A DNA stretch of 63,990 nucleotides, filler included, from Diploschistes diacapsis (GCA_023645945.1; 4 parts of 4 records of this genome joined end to end with filler, not necessarily neighbours in it), one strand, 5' to 3'; shown: positions 39,005 to 49,134, counted from the first letter of the whole stretch. Notes: generated by a model not told the origin, from the sequence alone. Numbers and translations are program-made.

Positions 39005-39030
39005 ATTCTTAAGCGAAGCGCAGGACTATA
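39005..39030 (+). repeat. Left arm of a long-range inverted repeat (ATTCTTAAGCGAAGCGCAGGACTATA)
   Basis: 39010-39030 is the exact reverse complement of 47029-47049; 25/26 match when extended to 39005/47054. Confidence 0.9.
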
Positions 39031-39189
39031 GTAGTAGATCAGTGTCTTCATGGGCGCAGAGAAAACCGTAGATAAGAAATCAACTCCGAAAGTCGCGGTT
39101 AATTAATCGAACTGAATTATAATTAAATGATAAAGTGTGCTGAGGAACCCGTGCATTACATATGTTCTAGCGATTTCGCATTTTCCGTG

Positions 39190-39976
39190 TCCATATCGCA
39201 TGGATTGCCTCTCGCTCCATAGTCTTCTCCCCGTGATAACCCTCGGCCTGGGCAAAGTAATATCCCCTCTGGTTTGTAAGCAGCCGTGAAATCGCAGTTG
39301 TAATGCGTATGCCCAAACGCCCAAACTTTGACTCTGTCACTCTTGAAGCATACCTCGTCTGATAAGTCCGTTGAGAAAGCGCTCATGATGGGGCTCCCAG
39401 CATGCCTCGGCTCGATCGCACGAACATCCAGCGATGGGCTCCAATGCGAAAAGATGATGATATTAACATCGGACTGTTCAAGGTCTGCGACCTGCGCGTT
39501 GAGCCAGGCAAGATCCCGCGTATGCGCCTCGTTGTGCATGCCGACGTCCCAGTCGCTGGTTTGGAAAAAGTCATTGAGCCCGCGGTTGACCGCCATTTGT
39601 CTTTCAGGCGGGATGGAAGAAAAGAGGCTGCAGTCCAGAATGGTAACGTTCGTGCCGGGCAGCTGGAAGGCTGTGTGGTCGAGCAATATAAACTCTCCCA
39701 ATGACTTGTTCTTACGGACGTCCTGTTCGAAAGCGCGAAGGATATCGAGAGTGTCAGGCCAGTTGGAATGATAGGCTTCATGATTGCCGGGGACGAAAAG
39801 CACAGCGCGGAACAGGTTGAGCTGTAGGGTCAAGCAGGCAAGGTAGTCGTCCTTGTGCAATGCAACGTTGCCCACGTCGCCAAGAAGCGCTAGGTAGGGC
39901 GCCTTTGGACGATCTTGAAGATATCGTAGGCTTTGGGGGCCTCCAAATGCAGGTCGGAGAGAATCTGGACCGCCAT
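39190..39976 (-). pseudogene. Calcineurin-like metallophosphoesterase pseudogene (two frameshifts)
   Basis: MAVQILSDLHLE in one frame; LLGDVG, VPGNHEAY, FSHWSP and FGHTHYNCDF in a second; the family's terminal TNQRGY in a different frame near 39260-39280. Confidence 0.85.
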
Positions 39977-40109
39977 CGCGAGGTTGGTGGTGCAGATGCC
40001 AAGAGGACAGAAATGTGCCCCGACTTCACCCCTCTTGCGGACTAGAGTGATGGCTGCCCTGATTCTCGCGCAACTTGGGTGAAACTTAGGTGAGCCCAAG
40101 TGAGCCCAG

Positions 40110-40697
40110 CTAAGGTGGAACTTTTCTCTGAAAAGGCTTCTATAGAGATCGTACAAATGTTGCTGAAGGCCGGCGCTGATATTAACGCTCAAGGGAGTGT
40201 TTACGGCACTGCTCTACAGGCAGCTTCAACAGGCTGCATGTGCTTCATTCTTACCCGACAAGGAGCTAGTGCAAACACTTTTGAACGCCGACACCGACAT
40301 CAATGCCCAAGGAGGAGTATATGGTAACGCTCTCAAGGCTGCTTCCTACAAGGGCTCTGAGAATCTCGTACGAAGGCTACTAGAGGCCGGTGCAAACGTC
40401 AATGCTCATGGAGGAGTTTATGGTAGTGCCCTACAAGCTGCTTGTGCTTCATGTAAACCTCAAGAGAGCATAGTACGGATGCTTTTAGATGCCGGTGCTG
40501 AAGTCAATGCGCAAGGAGGGAAATTTGACAGCGTTTCGCTGGCTGTTTTATCGAAAATTTACACAGAGGGAATCCAACTCGAACTGCCTGATGAGTACAA
40601 TATTCCTTTCGGGTACGACGAAGGTATACCAGATGACCGGCAAGGGGAAGACTTTTCCTCTTCTGATGAATCCTTACCATTGATTACGGAGAATTAA
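40110..40697 (+). pseudogene. Ankyrin-repeat C-terminal fragment (GADINAQGGxYGxALQAA type, typical of fungal NACHT-ankyrin proteins)
   Basis: About four repeats; frameshift near 40250; no upstream NACHT or start codon. Confidence 0.8.
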
Positions 40698-41009
40698 GGA
40701 CATTTCTGCAAAATTTTCTATTAATAGTCACATTAACCGTCATTCCTATTCCTCACTCTATCCTTTTCTTTGCCTCTGAAAGCTAATGGTGGGAAGACTA
40801 TCCTACGGATATCTCATGAGAACTGGGATTTGTCTTCTGCAAGCGGCATCCAGTAGTGGCCTTCTAGCTATCGGTAAGTACCAGCACTTTCTGTAAGAAC
40901 CTATTGCCAATCGTTTGACCGCCCTAAGCAGTCCATCCTTTTAAAATGATTTGTTGTAGATTGCTGCAAACATTCTGCAACCGTCGCAGACAATAACATT
41001 GCAAACCTT

Positions 41010-41342
41010 CATCAACTCATGCTTCAATGCTGTGATGAACGTTAGTGCGCTGACTATACCGACGTTGACCGATTTGACGCCTTTGGTGAAATTCATCGGG
41101 TTTGCCAGGTCATCGGGGCTGTCCTAGTCAACTATGTTGGGGTCGACATCTGGTGCTTTCTCAACGTCTATTGACGCCTCAACAGGCATGGCCTCTTGAT
41201 CTTCTGCGTCAGAGAGGGACCCATTGATAGCCAGCTCTGGGCTTGCAATTCTCTCGCCGTCTCTAGATGTCCAAATGGGCGTGGAATCTTGTTCTCCCGC
41301 GCTTCTGGAACTCGGTACAGAGGGACTCGAGGTTGTAGCCAT
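41010..41342 (-). pseudogene. N-terminal fragment of a DHA1-type MFS drug transporter
   Basis: DVEKAPDVDPNIVD*DSPDDLANPMNFTKGVKSVNVGIVSALTFIT matches the family VDWDGPDDPxNPxNW pattern, with W replaced by TAG; homology ends after TM1. Confidence 0.75.
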
Positions 41343-42099
41343 GCTGCTGGTACCGTTGATTTAACTCGAAATTGTTGATGGTTCTCATGGGACTTAATAG
41401 CAGGAGGTTCAAATTTAAGAGAGCAAAAGAGTGGATATAGATCAAGAGAGATCTCGAGGAGCTCCATTTCCATCTGTCAACGAATCAGAGATTTTTGAGT
41501 AGTCCATTCTTGAAATCGCTCTGTCCTAGCCCACCTAGGAATTGCCCCTATTCCGGGTCCCTTTCTTAGTCAAGCCAAGATGTCTAAAGGCCACATTTCA
41601 TGCACTTCGTACCATAGCAGGACAACGTTATCTGTTTGGCCTAGAATGCAAAGGAGACAAACCCTTCCCACCTTTTAGATGGTAGGTTAGATGAGTTGAG
41701 ACGATCAAAGAGAGCCATTCGGCTTGATCATGCATTCTCTGCGTTTGCTGGGGATGTCGTCGGAAGAATCTGCTGTGAGACTCCGCCAAATATGATGAAC
41801 CAGGCTGGATTTTGGGCGCATTCGTTAGTAATCTTAACGTCGATGTCTTCAGCGAAGATTGTTCGGATATAACCATAGACAAGACTTGATCGAGAGAATT
41901 ATGAGGCAGCTTCTACTGTTCATGCATCTTCCTGTTCCGGTCAGGTATGTACCCTGCTAGCGGTATCTGAAAAGCAGACTTCTCTGTAGCGATAGCTTGG
42001 TTCGCATGATATCAACCATTTTCCTGTTCCAAGTCTATCCGGAGCCGCAGGATTCAACTCATTCCGCATAGTTAGTCTCATTCCATCCAACGAACTTCA

Positions 42100-43010
42100 A
42101 TGCGATTGCAGCTTGCACAATTCATAGCTAGCAATGTAGCACATCGTAGACTCAAAGCGCTGAACCTTAGTCCTTGAAAAGTTAATGAGAATGCAACGAG
42201 TTTCATCGTTCGGCACATTGTTTCAAGCGATATGCCTGGGTCTGAACGCTCCATGGAGCGGCTGAATAGAGAAGCTATGGTATTGTTCGGTGCCGGCAAA
42301 GCGAGGACTGCACATACAATGGGCTTCATGTCCTAGTAAATTCTACGCAACCAACACGTGAAGGAACGTCTTGGAAGCAAGCTAAAGGATGCCATGGCCG
42401 ACTGTCCCAAAAACCTGCCAAGATGTGCAGACTTAGGGAGTTGCCTTACCTACTGGCGGCGATCAAGGAAGGACTTCCGTAAATCTGATGCAGAACTCCA
42501 GAAGCACTGTGGCTAGTCTGAGCTTCGGCGTTATTTGTCGTCTTGCCCGCTGCTCTTCTGACATTGCGCTCAAGTACAAGCAATGGACTCTTCCTAAGAA
42601 CACCCCTGTTGGAATGGGAGCATATTGGACGCATACTGATCCAGAAGTCAACCAGAAACCCTCCAAGCTCATCTCCAACTGCTGGCTAGGGGACTATGAC
42701 CTAAGAATGACAGAAAATTGGGTTGTTTTCTCCAAGGGATCGAGGAACTGCTTGGGCGTCAAGTAAGGATATCCCATCTTTTTCGATTTTCCTGCAATCA
42801 CCATTGCATTACGTCTTTGAGACTCTTGACTGACAAACATGGTTGTTTGTTATATGCTGAGATGGAGTGGGCACCAGCAGTCATCATCAGACCGAACGCA
42901 CCGGAGCTGTCCTTGGTCGCACCGACAAGTCGGACCTCACGCAAACTGTGGATTTCTTGACCCCCCCGCCAAAGTTGGATAGGAAAGGAACAAGACTCGT
43001 GGTAAAATAA
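42100..43010 (+). pseudogene. Cytochrome P450 C-terminal half, multiply disrupted
   Basis: I-helix EAMVLFGAG, K-helix LPYLLAAIKEGL, WTLPKNTPVGM and heme motif FSKGSRNCLG; in-frame stops (TAG TAA near 42334) and frameshifts. Confidence 0.85.
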
Positions 43011-43286
43011 GTGCAGGGAAAGGGTCTGGATAAGAGCGATGCATAGCGTAGAGATATGGCATCGGACACCGTGCAGTGATAAGAGGATACGTGTCCTGGA
43101 GCGGACCTTATTCTATACGTTCATTAGGTATAGAGCGCCCATATTTTCACGCCTCCTTGAGGTGTGCGACCACTGTTCCAGAAAGGTCAGAAGGGCTTGC
43201 CAATCTCGTTAGTTTCAGTGTCTGGCATACTGTTATCTGAATATCTATTTGAGAATTCGTTGATGGGGCTGACAAGGATCGCCTGG

Positions 43287-45854
43287 TTAAGCCGGTCTCG
43301 ATCTATTGGGAAGAGTCATTTTTGATGCAGTTGGACTGATGTATCCTTCCTCGTCTTCCTCGTCCCTTTCTGGGATATCCGATATTTGGCGCTCGTGTCT
43401 TGCTACTCCTTTCCCCTTCCTATCCATGCTAAGGCCGCGCCCACCGGGTCTGCGGTCTCGGTCGGGTGAGCCAATAGTCCCCGCTTCAGTTTCTCCAGAT
43501 CTCTCCTTCACATGCTTCTTTGTCTTGGCATCCATGGGCGCGTCTGATAGGATGACGTTCAACCACTCGGCGAGCCTCAATTTCGCATGTTCCAGCACCG
43601 GTTCGAAGTAGCTCCACGGCATAAAGGTCGGCAAAGTGACAGCGGACCATGTGTCATGCCTTCCAGCGTAGATGACCTCGAGAAACGGCCTTCCATACTG
43701 GACCCTCCGCTTTCTAGTCGATAAGGCCGCCAGTTGGTTCTGGCGGCTTTCGTCAGCAACTATGTCCACGAAGAAGGCACAAGCCGGGCAACACATTTTC
43801 GTCACTGCCAATACTTTGCTGACTTGTCCCGCTTTATCTATTACATCTTGGTCGATGGCATGGTTCTCAGTTTCTAACACGCCAGCGTACTCCAAGTTCT
43901 CCTTGGTCTTGGTTCTCAAAACGGATAAGCTGAGCAGGGCGGTCTCACAGTGCGTGGTGCCGGTGAACTTCGTCGTTTTCTCCCATGCCTTTCGAATGCC
44001 CATCGCTTCTAGCCACTCGTCCAGCCTTTGCTCGGGCTCCACAGCTGCATTGTACTGGGGCACCTTTCTGAGGTAGTCTTTGAACGGCATGAGTTGCGTG
44101 TCTTGTTCGTCGCTGGATAGATCTATCAGGTGAATTTTCAAGTTACGCAGGAATTGATGGACTAGGTCACTGCCTCTTTTCTTGGGAAAGCAGATCGAAC
44201 GAATGGATCGCCAATGTAAGACCACAAGGTCCAACCATCTCCGAGCGGAGCGAGACCAATGCTGCGGCTGCTCGCTTCTATCTCCAATGCTCTCTGTATC
44301 ATCTTCTTCATCGTCGATTGCTTCTTCTTCGCCGAGTATTTCTTCATCTTGACCGCTACCTCCCGTGGTGGACACGACTGGGGCAATTCTTTTCGACCCA
44401 GAAGATGAGCCCGATCCCCGAGAGCCTTTGCTTGATGGTTCTGTACGCTCACGAGTCTGAGCCCTTGACGCTCTGGTAGGAGCAGCGTAAGAGGGTGTCG
44501 CTACTGGCCTTGCTGCTGCCCTTGTCCCATGAGACCTGCCTATGCTCTTTGATTGTTTCGGAAGGCCCGGCTCCAGACTCCATTGAGGGTACTGTTCGAT
44601 TGTACTCTTCAACTTTTGAGATCTCTCTATCCACATCAGGTACTCTAAGATGAAGTCAAAGGACATCCCCGATCCCGAGTCTATCACGCATACATCCAAC
44701 AGCTTGTCAAGGTTCTCAATGGCGCGCAGGAAACTCGCGACTGCCACTTTCAACTCAGTAGCCTTCGCTTCTCTGATGGTATCGTCGGAGTCCATAACAG
44801 TGGCTTCGAAAAGGTTGAGGGCAACACATGCCCGTTCTGCTTCAGCTGTGAGGTTGATCAAGCTTGTCCTTAGCGCTATGCCCAAGCGCTCCTTCCCATC
44901 TACATCGTACATCTTGTATTTTCTCTGGTCGAGGCGGTTCAGTATCCCGATATCACAGTATACCTGCCGTACTGTGTTCGGAAGAAGAAGTTGTTCTCGC
45001 AGATCCATCTGGTCTTTCTGCGCTCTTAGGCCTAACTGCAGAGGGGTCGAGGTAAGATAGGCATATAGATTGCGCCCAGAGGGCTGTTTAGGCCCTTTTT
45101 TGGTGCTTGCCTTCATTGCATGCTTGCCCCGTTCGATACGGGCCTTGATCTTGAACGCGCTTGCCATAGCCACATATCTCTGTATCATGTGGTACCACTC
45201 TATTTTGCCTTCTTCGTTTGGCGAGGCATGTACTCGGCGAATCATGGCTCCAAGCAGTTCCACATGGCGAGGAAAGGCTACCTTCCAGTGTGTCCTCTCT
45301 TTACCGCCGACCACATTATAGTTAGGGATGTAGTTCGATTTGGTCAGGAGCCATTCCGTTAGCGAGAAGACCGCTTCTGGGTCGGTCATGACTGGAGGGT
45401 CGGAAAGTACTTGGCTGGTGATTCGAGTCTGGTGCTTGTTCTGGGGAGACCCTTGTGTCGGCTGAGTAGCGCGCAAAGTGTTCGGAGGTATTTCGGCGCG
45501 ATAGGGGTTGCGTGTTATTAACAGGTCATCTATCAAGTTATACTCGCTAAGCGTATCCACTGTCTCTGAGAAGTACGTGACATTGATTTTGAATGGGTGA
45601 CCTGGAGAAGCCGCAACAATTTCGGGTCCACGAACCAAAAGGTTGACAAAAGCTGTGCTTAGATGGAACAGAGTGACGTCTACTGGTCGTTGAGCCGCTG
45701 TTTGCGAGATAGCTGTACGGAGGTGCTCCTTTGTATCGAAAGACAAAGCTGCATTCGAGTGCTCGAAAAGCGATAGCATTTGAGTGACTGTTCTAATCTC
45801 GAGCACATCCATGCGATCAGGCAATATCTTTTGTTTCTGGGACGAAGCCGCCAT
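43287..45854 (-). CDS. Large intronless protein (~855 aa) with a C-terminal zinc-dependent nucleic-acid deaminase-like domain (OTT_1508-like)
   Basis: Uninterrupted ORF (open from 45980; first ATG at 45854); FTGTTHCETALL at ~43944-43952, AVTKMCCPAC at ~43779-43793, downstream GRHDTWSAVTLP; N-terminal FVNLLVRGPEIVAA. Confidence 0.75.
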   Translation of the reverse strand: MAASSQKQKILPDRMDVLEIRTVTQMLSLFEHSNAALSFDTKEHLRTAISQTAAQRPVDVTLFHLSTAFVNLLVRGPEIVAASPGHPFKINVTYFSETVDTLSEYNLIDDLLITRNPYRAEIPPNTLRATQPTQGSPQNKHQTRITSQVLSDPPVMTDPEAVFSLTEWLLTKSNYIPNYNVVGGKERTHWKVAFPRHVELLGAMIRRVHASPNEEGKIEWYHMIQRYVAMASAFKIKARIERGKHAMKASTKKGPKQPSGRNLYAYLTSTPLQLGLRAQKDQMDLREQLLLPNTVRQVYCDIGILNRLDQRKYKMYDVDGKERLGIALRTSLINLTAEAERACVALNLFEATVMDSDDTIREAKATELKVAVASFLRAIENLDKLLDVCVIDSGSGMSFDFILEYLMWIERSQKLKSTIEQYPQWSLEPGLPKQSKSIGRSHGTRAAARPVATPSYAAPTRASRAQTRERTEPSSKGSRGSGSSSGSKRIAPVVSTTGGSGQDEEILGEEEAIDDEEDDTESIGDRSEQPQHWSRSARRWLDLVVLHWRSIRSICFPKKRGSDLVHQFLRNLKIHLIDLSSDEQDTQLMPFKDYLRKVPQYNAAVEPEQRLDEWLEAMGIRKAWEKTTKFTGTTHCETALLSLSVLRTKTKENLEYAGVLETENHAIDQDVIDKAGQVSKVLAVTKMCCPACAFFVDIVADESRQNQLAALSTRKRRVQYGRPFLEVIYAGRHDTWSAVTLPTFMPWSYFEPVLEHAKLRLAEWLNVILSDAPMDAKTKKHVKERSGETEAGTIGSPDRDRRPGGRGLSMDRKGKGVARHERQISDIPERDEEDEEGYISPTASKMTLPNRSRPA

Positions 45855-45967
45855 TGTGACACGCGTGAAGAGAATAACTTTATGGATCACGGTCTGCCAA
45901 TATCGAAGAAGAGATCTCTGGGAACGGAGACTTAAAGCCAGGTAGGAGCCGGATGAACACGAGATGT

Positions 45968-46009
45968 GAAGATAGACCAAAGAAGATAGACCAAAGAAAA
46001 TAGATCAAG
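45968..46009 (+). repeat. Three tandem copies of a 14-bp unit (GAAGATAGACCAAA x2 plus one degenerate copy)
   Basis: Read directly; ~115 bp upstream of the deaminase-like ORF ATG. Confidence 0.85.
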
Positions 46010-47028
46010 CAAGATTGAGGCCAATTCTAATCGAGGAAAATCACGTAGGGTAGATTTTCAGTGAATATTCTCCAGGCAAAGTATTAGATGGAAGATAAAG
46101 CAAATGAGAGTGAGTCAGAGCTACATCGAAGGAAATTTCGATAACCCTATTTTACCCACGCACTGATGCACAAAGCAGGCAAAATTGCAATATGTTGAGT
46201 CCGGAGAAAAAGTCAGAAGGGGATTCTGAAGATGTTAATCAATTCTAACTAAAGTGGCTAACTAGACCTTATCACGGTTAAGAAGTAAATTTTTTTCTCG
46301 AGGCCAAGTACAAAAACAGCATATATTGATAGACCGTGCTGTGAGCATATTTGTTATAAGAGAAAGAGTTACTGTAAAGGCAATGACACTACTGAAAGAC
46401 TATCCTACCATGGATTCAGCGCAGCCCGCAGAAAGCGGACAGCTGCACTCTTATATCTGATAACTATCCCAGATACACCTAGCCCTACAGCGTAAGCCGA
46501 AACTACATGCTCTTATATCGATAACAGACTCAACGTATAATGAGGGTGATTGAGCTGTCAACCAAGCGATCGCAACAGCCCAGGCATGACTTTTCGTGGT
46601 GTCATGCTATACACAACACCTATGGAGTACGCCTCATATTCCGTCTTGCCTATAATGACTGCCATTAAGGAGGCTATTTTTGCAAAGAAGCGTTGAACTT
46701 TGCATATACAAACGTGGTTTTGCTACGGAGATAAGGGGTTAAACCCGAATGCTTATTATAAATTACCACGTAGATTCGCTTCGTAGGTCAGTTTTTGCCC
46801 CATTTACGCAATCATCTCACTCGGGCTCGTTATTGCTTATGTACATACAAACCCCCCAAACGACATGATCTAACATCCGATGAGTCGACAACTACGCCTG
46901 CTTTATCAGCAGCAGAGATTTTATGAAATAGTAATCTAGTAATCTTTGTTGCGGGCCCTAAATCCCGTCAGCTACACAATTCTCACTATGCAATCGAATC
47001 ACAAGATAAATCACACGGAGTCATATAA

Positions 47029-47054
47029 TATAGTCCTGCGCTTCGCTTAGGAAT
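47029..47054 (-). repeat. Right arm of the long-range inverted repeat (TATAGTCCTGCGCTTCGCTTAGGAAT)
   Basis: Reverse complement of 39005-39030 with 1 mismatch. Confidence 0.9.
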
Positions 47055-47741
47055 TATGGTTGCTTAGGTAATCCAAAGCCCGCATCCCAAGTTCTTTCTG
47101 CTCCTGAAACTGCAAGGACATCCCCATTTTCAGTACGATGTTTGGACAGCTTCGCAAAATCGCCCAGTTCAGCTACTCGGAGGCGGTGTCCAAATAGTAA
47201 GCGCTTCAAGCTGTGCGGGAAGACAAAGTTCAGGCCGAAATGCCTATCGTCGAGTCAACCGTCTGCTATCAGGCCTTCTATGCCATGCATACTAGTATGA
47301 AGCTCCGTCGTTCTGGCTCAGTATCAGCGTGGACTTTCGCAGCCAACGATTCGTGATCAAAGGAGCGTACACTAATGTTACCAGTGGACTTTCACCACGG
47401 GGATGCCGGGCGGCCCGCAGAAAGCGGTCGACTTCAAGTTATATCCCCCATAGCTTGTTCGATACTGCTTTCGATAAGCTCTGAGGCCCGGGTATTTTTG
47501 GATGTAGAGACCCTTGTAGGGACTTGTCCGTCAATTACGGGCCATTCGTGATAGCTCACATGAGATATCTCACCGAATATCCTGACATTGGGGGCACTAA
47601 TGTTGGTTATCTAATAGTGGCAAAGAGTAGGTGGACGTTCTTTATGTCAATAGAACTTATATAAACTCTGCACCCACGGCTCTACACGAACATATTTTCT
47701 CTTTATCGCCCCTTTCTCTTGTTCAATTGACATCCTTCGCC

Positions 47742-48713
47742 ATGAGCGAACTTAAAACGCTCTCGGAATCGGGAGAGTATCTCACCGAGGAAACCCATGA
47801 AAGCGTCTACAATGAAATAGATCCTTCGAACATACGGCTCGAACGTCCATTCGTTGCATGCGTTATTGGCGCGAGCCGTGGCATTGGGGCGGGCATTGCG
47901 AAAGCCTTCGCCACGGCTAGCGCCAGCACCATTATCCTAGCAGCACGCTCGACGGACCAGCTACAGAGCGTCGCGGAGGAAATCAAGCAGCTCAACTCCA
48001 AAGTCGAAGTTCCGACGATGAAATGCGATGTGACTTCGGAGAGCAGTCTTTCAGAGCTGGCATCCAAGATAGAGGCCGACTTTGAGAGGCTGGATGCGAT
48101 TATTTACAACTCTGGTTATGCTGGGAAATTCGTTATGAAGGTTACGGAAGGCAAGCCATCGGAATTTGAGAGAGGCTTTGCCGTCAACAGCATCGGTACA
48201 TATTACGCTGCGCATTTCTTGATACCGTTACTGCTCAAGTCCTCCAACGGAGCCAAGCTGTTCATCGCTGTATCGACCGCCGGATCCTGGATGAAGAACG
48301 GCCTATTTGCCAGCCCCGGTTACTGCATTAGTAAATTGGCCCAGATGAGGCTACTGGAGATGATCTCGATCCAGTATCGGAACGAGGGGCTATTCGCTGC
48401 GGGTGTTCATCCTGGCGCAGTGAAGACCGAGATGGCGAAAGACGCTCCAGAAGAATTCCTGCCATGTATGTGCCACAGCTTACTCTTCCCTTGGTCGTGC
48501 ATATGGTTTGCTGATATGCTTGACGTTCTAGATTTGGTCGATGACGTTGCCCTGTGCGGCGCGTTCTGCACTTGGCTTGCTGCCAATAGGAAAGAGCTTG
48601 AATGGCTGAACGGACGGTATCTGTCCGCGAAGTGGGATGTGAAACAGCTGGCGTCCATGAAGGATGCCATTGTCAGCGGTGATTTGCTTACTGCCGGACT
48701 TCGGCTTCCGTAG
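47742..48713 (+). CDS. Short-chain dehydrogenase/reductase (one 66-nt intron, ~48466-48531)
   Basis: VIGASRGIG Rossmann motif, CDVT, YCISK catalytic motif, VHPGAVKT, WLNGRYLSAKWD. Confidence 0.92.
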   Translation: MSELKTLSESGEYLTEETHESVYNEIDPSNIRLERPFVACVIGASRGIGAGIAKAFATASASTIILAARSTDQLQSVAEEIKQLNSKVEVPTMKCDVTSESSLSELASKIEADFERLDAIIYNSGYAGKFVMKVTEGKPSEFERGFAVNSIGTYYAAHFLIPLLLKSSNGAKLFIAVSTAGSWMKNGLFASPGYCISKLAQMRLLEMISIQYRNEGLFAAGVHPGAVKTEMAKDAPEEFLPCMCHSLLFPWSCIWFADMLDVLDLVDDVALCGAFCTWLAANRKELEWLNGRYLSAKWDVKQLASMKDAIVSGDLLTAGLRLP

Positions 48714-49134
48714 GCCCCAGACGCAGGCTCAGGTAACGCTAATGTGTGTGCAAACTCATGTACATTGTACGGGATGGAAAGAAACAACACTACCTTGATC
48801 TATTGCCAACGGCGCGTTACTTTAGAAAGATAGACTCAACGCACATGCATATTATTCTGTCGGTCCCCTGAAGCGCAGTTGCTCCCAAGTCTAACATGTG
48901 ACCTATCCCCACAATGACGTCTCGACCAACTCTTACTGCCAGTACAACCAAGTTGCTCCTAAACATCCATACCGTCAACTCCAACTACCATCGATCACCC
49001 TACCGTCGTCGCCAACAATCCCTGCCCCAACACACAGCCCCCTTCTCACTAATCCACCACCCCCATCGCACCGATTCCTGACTAACCCCGCGCGGCAATC
49101 CGCCATCGCCCCACCACACTTCTCCAGTCCGCCC

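Larger units (their letters stand above)
39005..47054. mobile_element. Putative inverted-repeat-bounded cargo island (~8 kb) with no recognisable transposase
   Basis: Matching inverted ends, an AT-rich left border, pseudogene-rich interior, intact genes on both outer sides; no target-site duplication identified. Confidence 0.45.

Noticed and set aside
45968..46525. Repeats upstream of the deaminase-like ORF as a CRISPR-like array
   Set aside because: Units are adjacent or only duplicated, with no regular unique spacers, no cas genes and a eukaryotic context
39005..47054. Calling the island a Starship or a classical TIR transposon
   Set aside because: No DUF3435 tyrosine-recombinase captain, no DDE transposase and no identifiable target-site duplication in the window; kept only as an unclassified candidate
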